Below are positions 63,050 through 64,000 of a stretch of 64,000 nucleotides of DNA, piece by piece (the stretch's first letter is position 1; each line of letters starts with the position of its first letter). The stretch spans positions 1,716,497 to 1,780,496 of the forward strand of contig NC_081387.1 of the NCBI RefSeq assembly GCF_030684315.1. Direction: 5' to 3'. The notes under the pieces were generated by a model. The model saw only the letters and a program-made list of their open reading frames with translations, did not search any database and was not told where the DNA came from. A program made the translations under genes and the position numbers. Source of the DNA: Stegostoma tigrinum. Lineage: Eukaryota.

Positions 63050-63690
63050 CGCAGGTAGACAGTGCGCTGAGTAGGCGTTTGGTACACTTGCCTTCATTGA
63101 TCAGTGCATTCAGTTTCGGCGTTGGAACGTCATATTGCGGCTGTCCATTGGTGAGGCCATTTTTAGAATAGCGCACACACTTCTGGTCTCCCCACTATAG
63201 GAAAGATTTTGTTCAGCTTGAAATAGTTTAGTAAAGCTTTACAAAGATGTTGGTGGGATTGGAGATCTTGAGCTACTGGGAGAGGCTTTTACCCTGGAGC
63301 ATTGGAGGTTGAAAAGTTACCTTTTAGAAATTCATAAAATCATGAGGGGCATAGTTGGGTGAATAGCCAAGTTCTTTTTTTCCCAGGTTAGGGGAGCCTA
63401 TAACTAGAAGGCATAATTTAAGGTGTCAGGAGAAAGATTTAAAAGGGTCTTGAAAGGCAACTTTTTCACACTAATGGTGGTGTATGTATGGTACAAGCTG
63501 CCAGAGGAGTTGGGTACAATTGCAATATTTAAAAGGCAGCTGCATAAATACATGAGTCAGAAGAATTTAGATGGATATAGGCCAAAGGCTGCCAAATGGT
63601 ATTAGATTAGTTTAGGATATCTGGTCATTGCAGACGAGTTGACTGAAGGTTATGTTTCCATGTTGTATGACTCTCTTACTCTATCTGTGA
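63050..63690 (+). mobile_element. CR1 3' fragment
   Basis: GERFKRVLKGNFFT...WYKLPEE; ATGACTCT-type tail. Confidence 0.8.
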
Positions 63691-64000
63691 CTTTAACTGA
63701 CATTTCAAAATAGTGATTGTGCTGGGGTATTGGGAGATGACAGGATTTGTCTGGGAAGTGGTGTGGACATTATTCTGAGTGTTGTGCTAGTGTTCAGCTT
63801 GGGAGATGTATTGCATTACTTTGTATCCCTGGCAAGCAATTGGCAGAATGAGAATGGGCTGGATCAGAACTGCCCAGGTAGTTTCATCTGACAAACAGAA
63901 TGTGACGATGACTTTGAGATTTATTTCAAGGCAAACATTTTCTTTAACCCCAGAACTTGAACCCACAATCCTAGCTCAGGAGACTAGTGCCTTATTTACC

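Overview
Eukaryotic, repeat-rich vertebrate DNA, most likely from a shark (inferred from HE1-type and Deu-type SINEs, CR1/HER1-like LINEs and a shark-type class I protein). Three host loci are visible, all on the minus strand. (1) A spliceable 7-coding-exon MHC class I heavy-chain gene (26509 to 15766, 360 aa, all introns phase 1 GT-AG). It keeps all eight peptide-terminus anchor residues but has extra cysteines, four N-glycan sequons, a tyrosine-less truncated tail and no obvious canonical class I promoter. (2) An intact 17-finger C2H2 zinc-finger ORF with no effector domain (45543 to 44068). (3) A decayed paralogous zinc-finger gene (about 59983 to 57850) whose promoter and first exon are almost identical to those of locus 2. 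Much of the rest is retroelement debris: CR1/L2-type LINEs (one young copy with a 580-codon open RT frame), Penelope-like elements, SINEs, a solo LTR and a Tigger-like MITE. The most unusual signals are short, TSD-flanked fold-back insertions built from the Penelope terminus and carrying a minimal hammerhead ribozyme motif; an inverted pair of ZNF143-motif promoters, one of which may drive the class I gene; and a synonymous-biased 15-codon motif upstream of both zinc-finger arrays. All coordinates were read by hand and repeat boundaries are approximate. No databases were searched.
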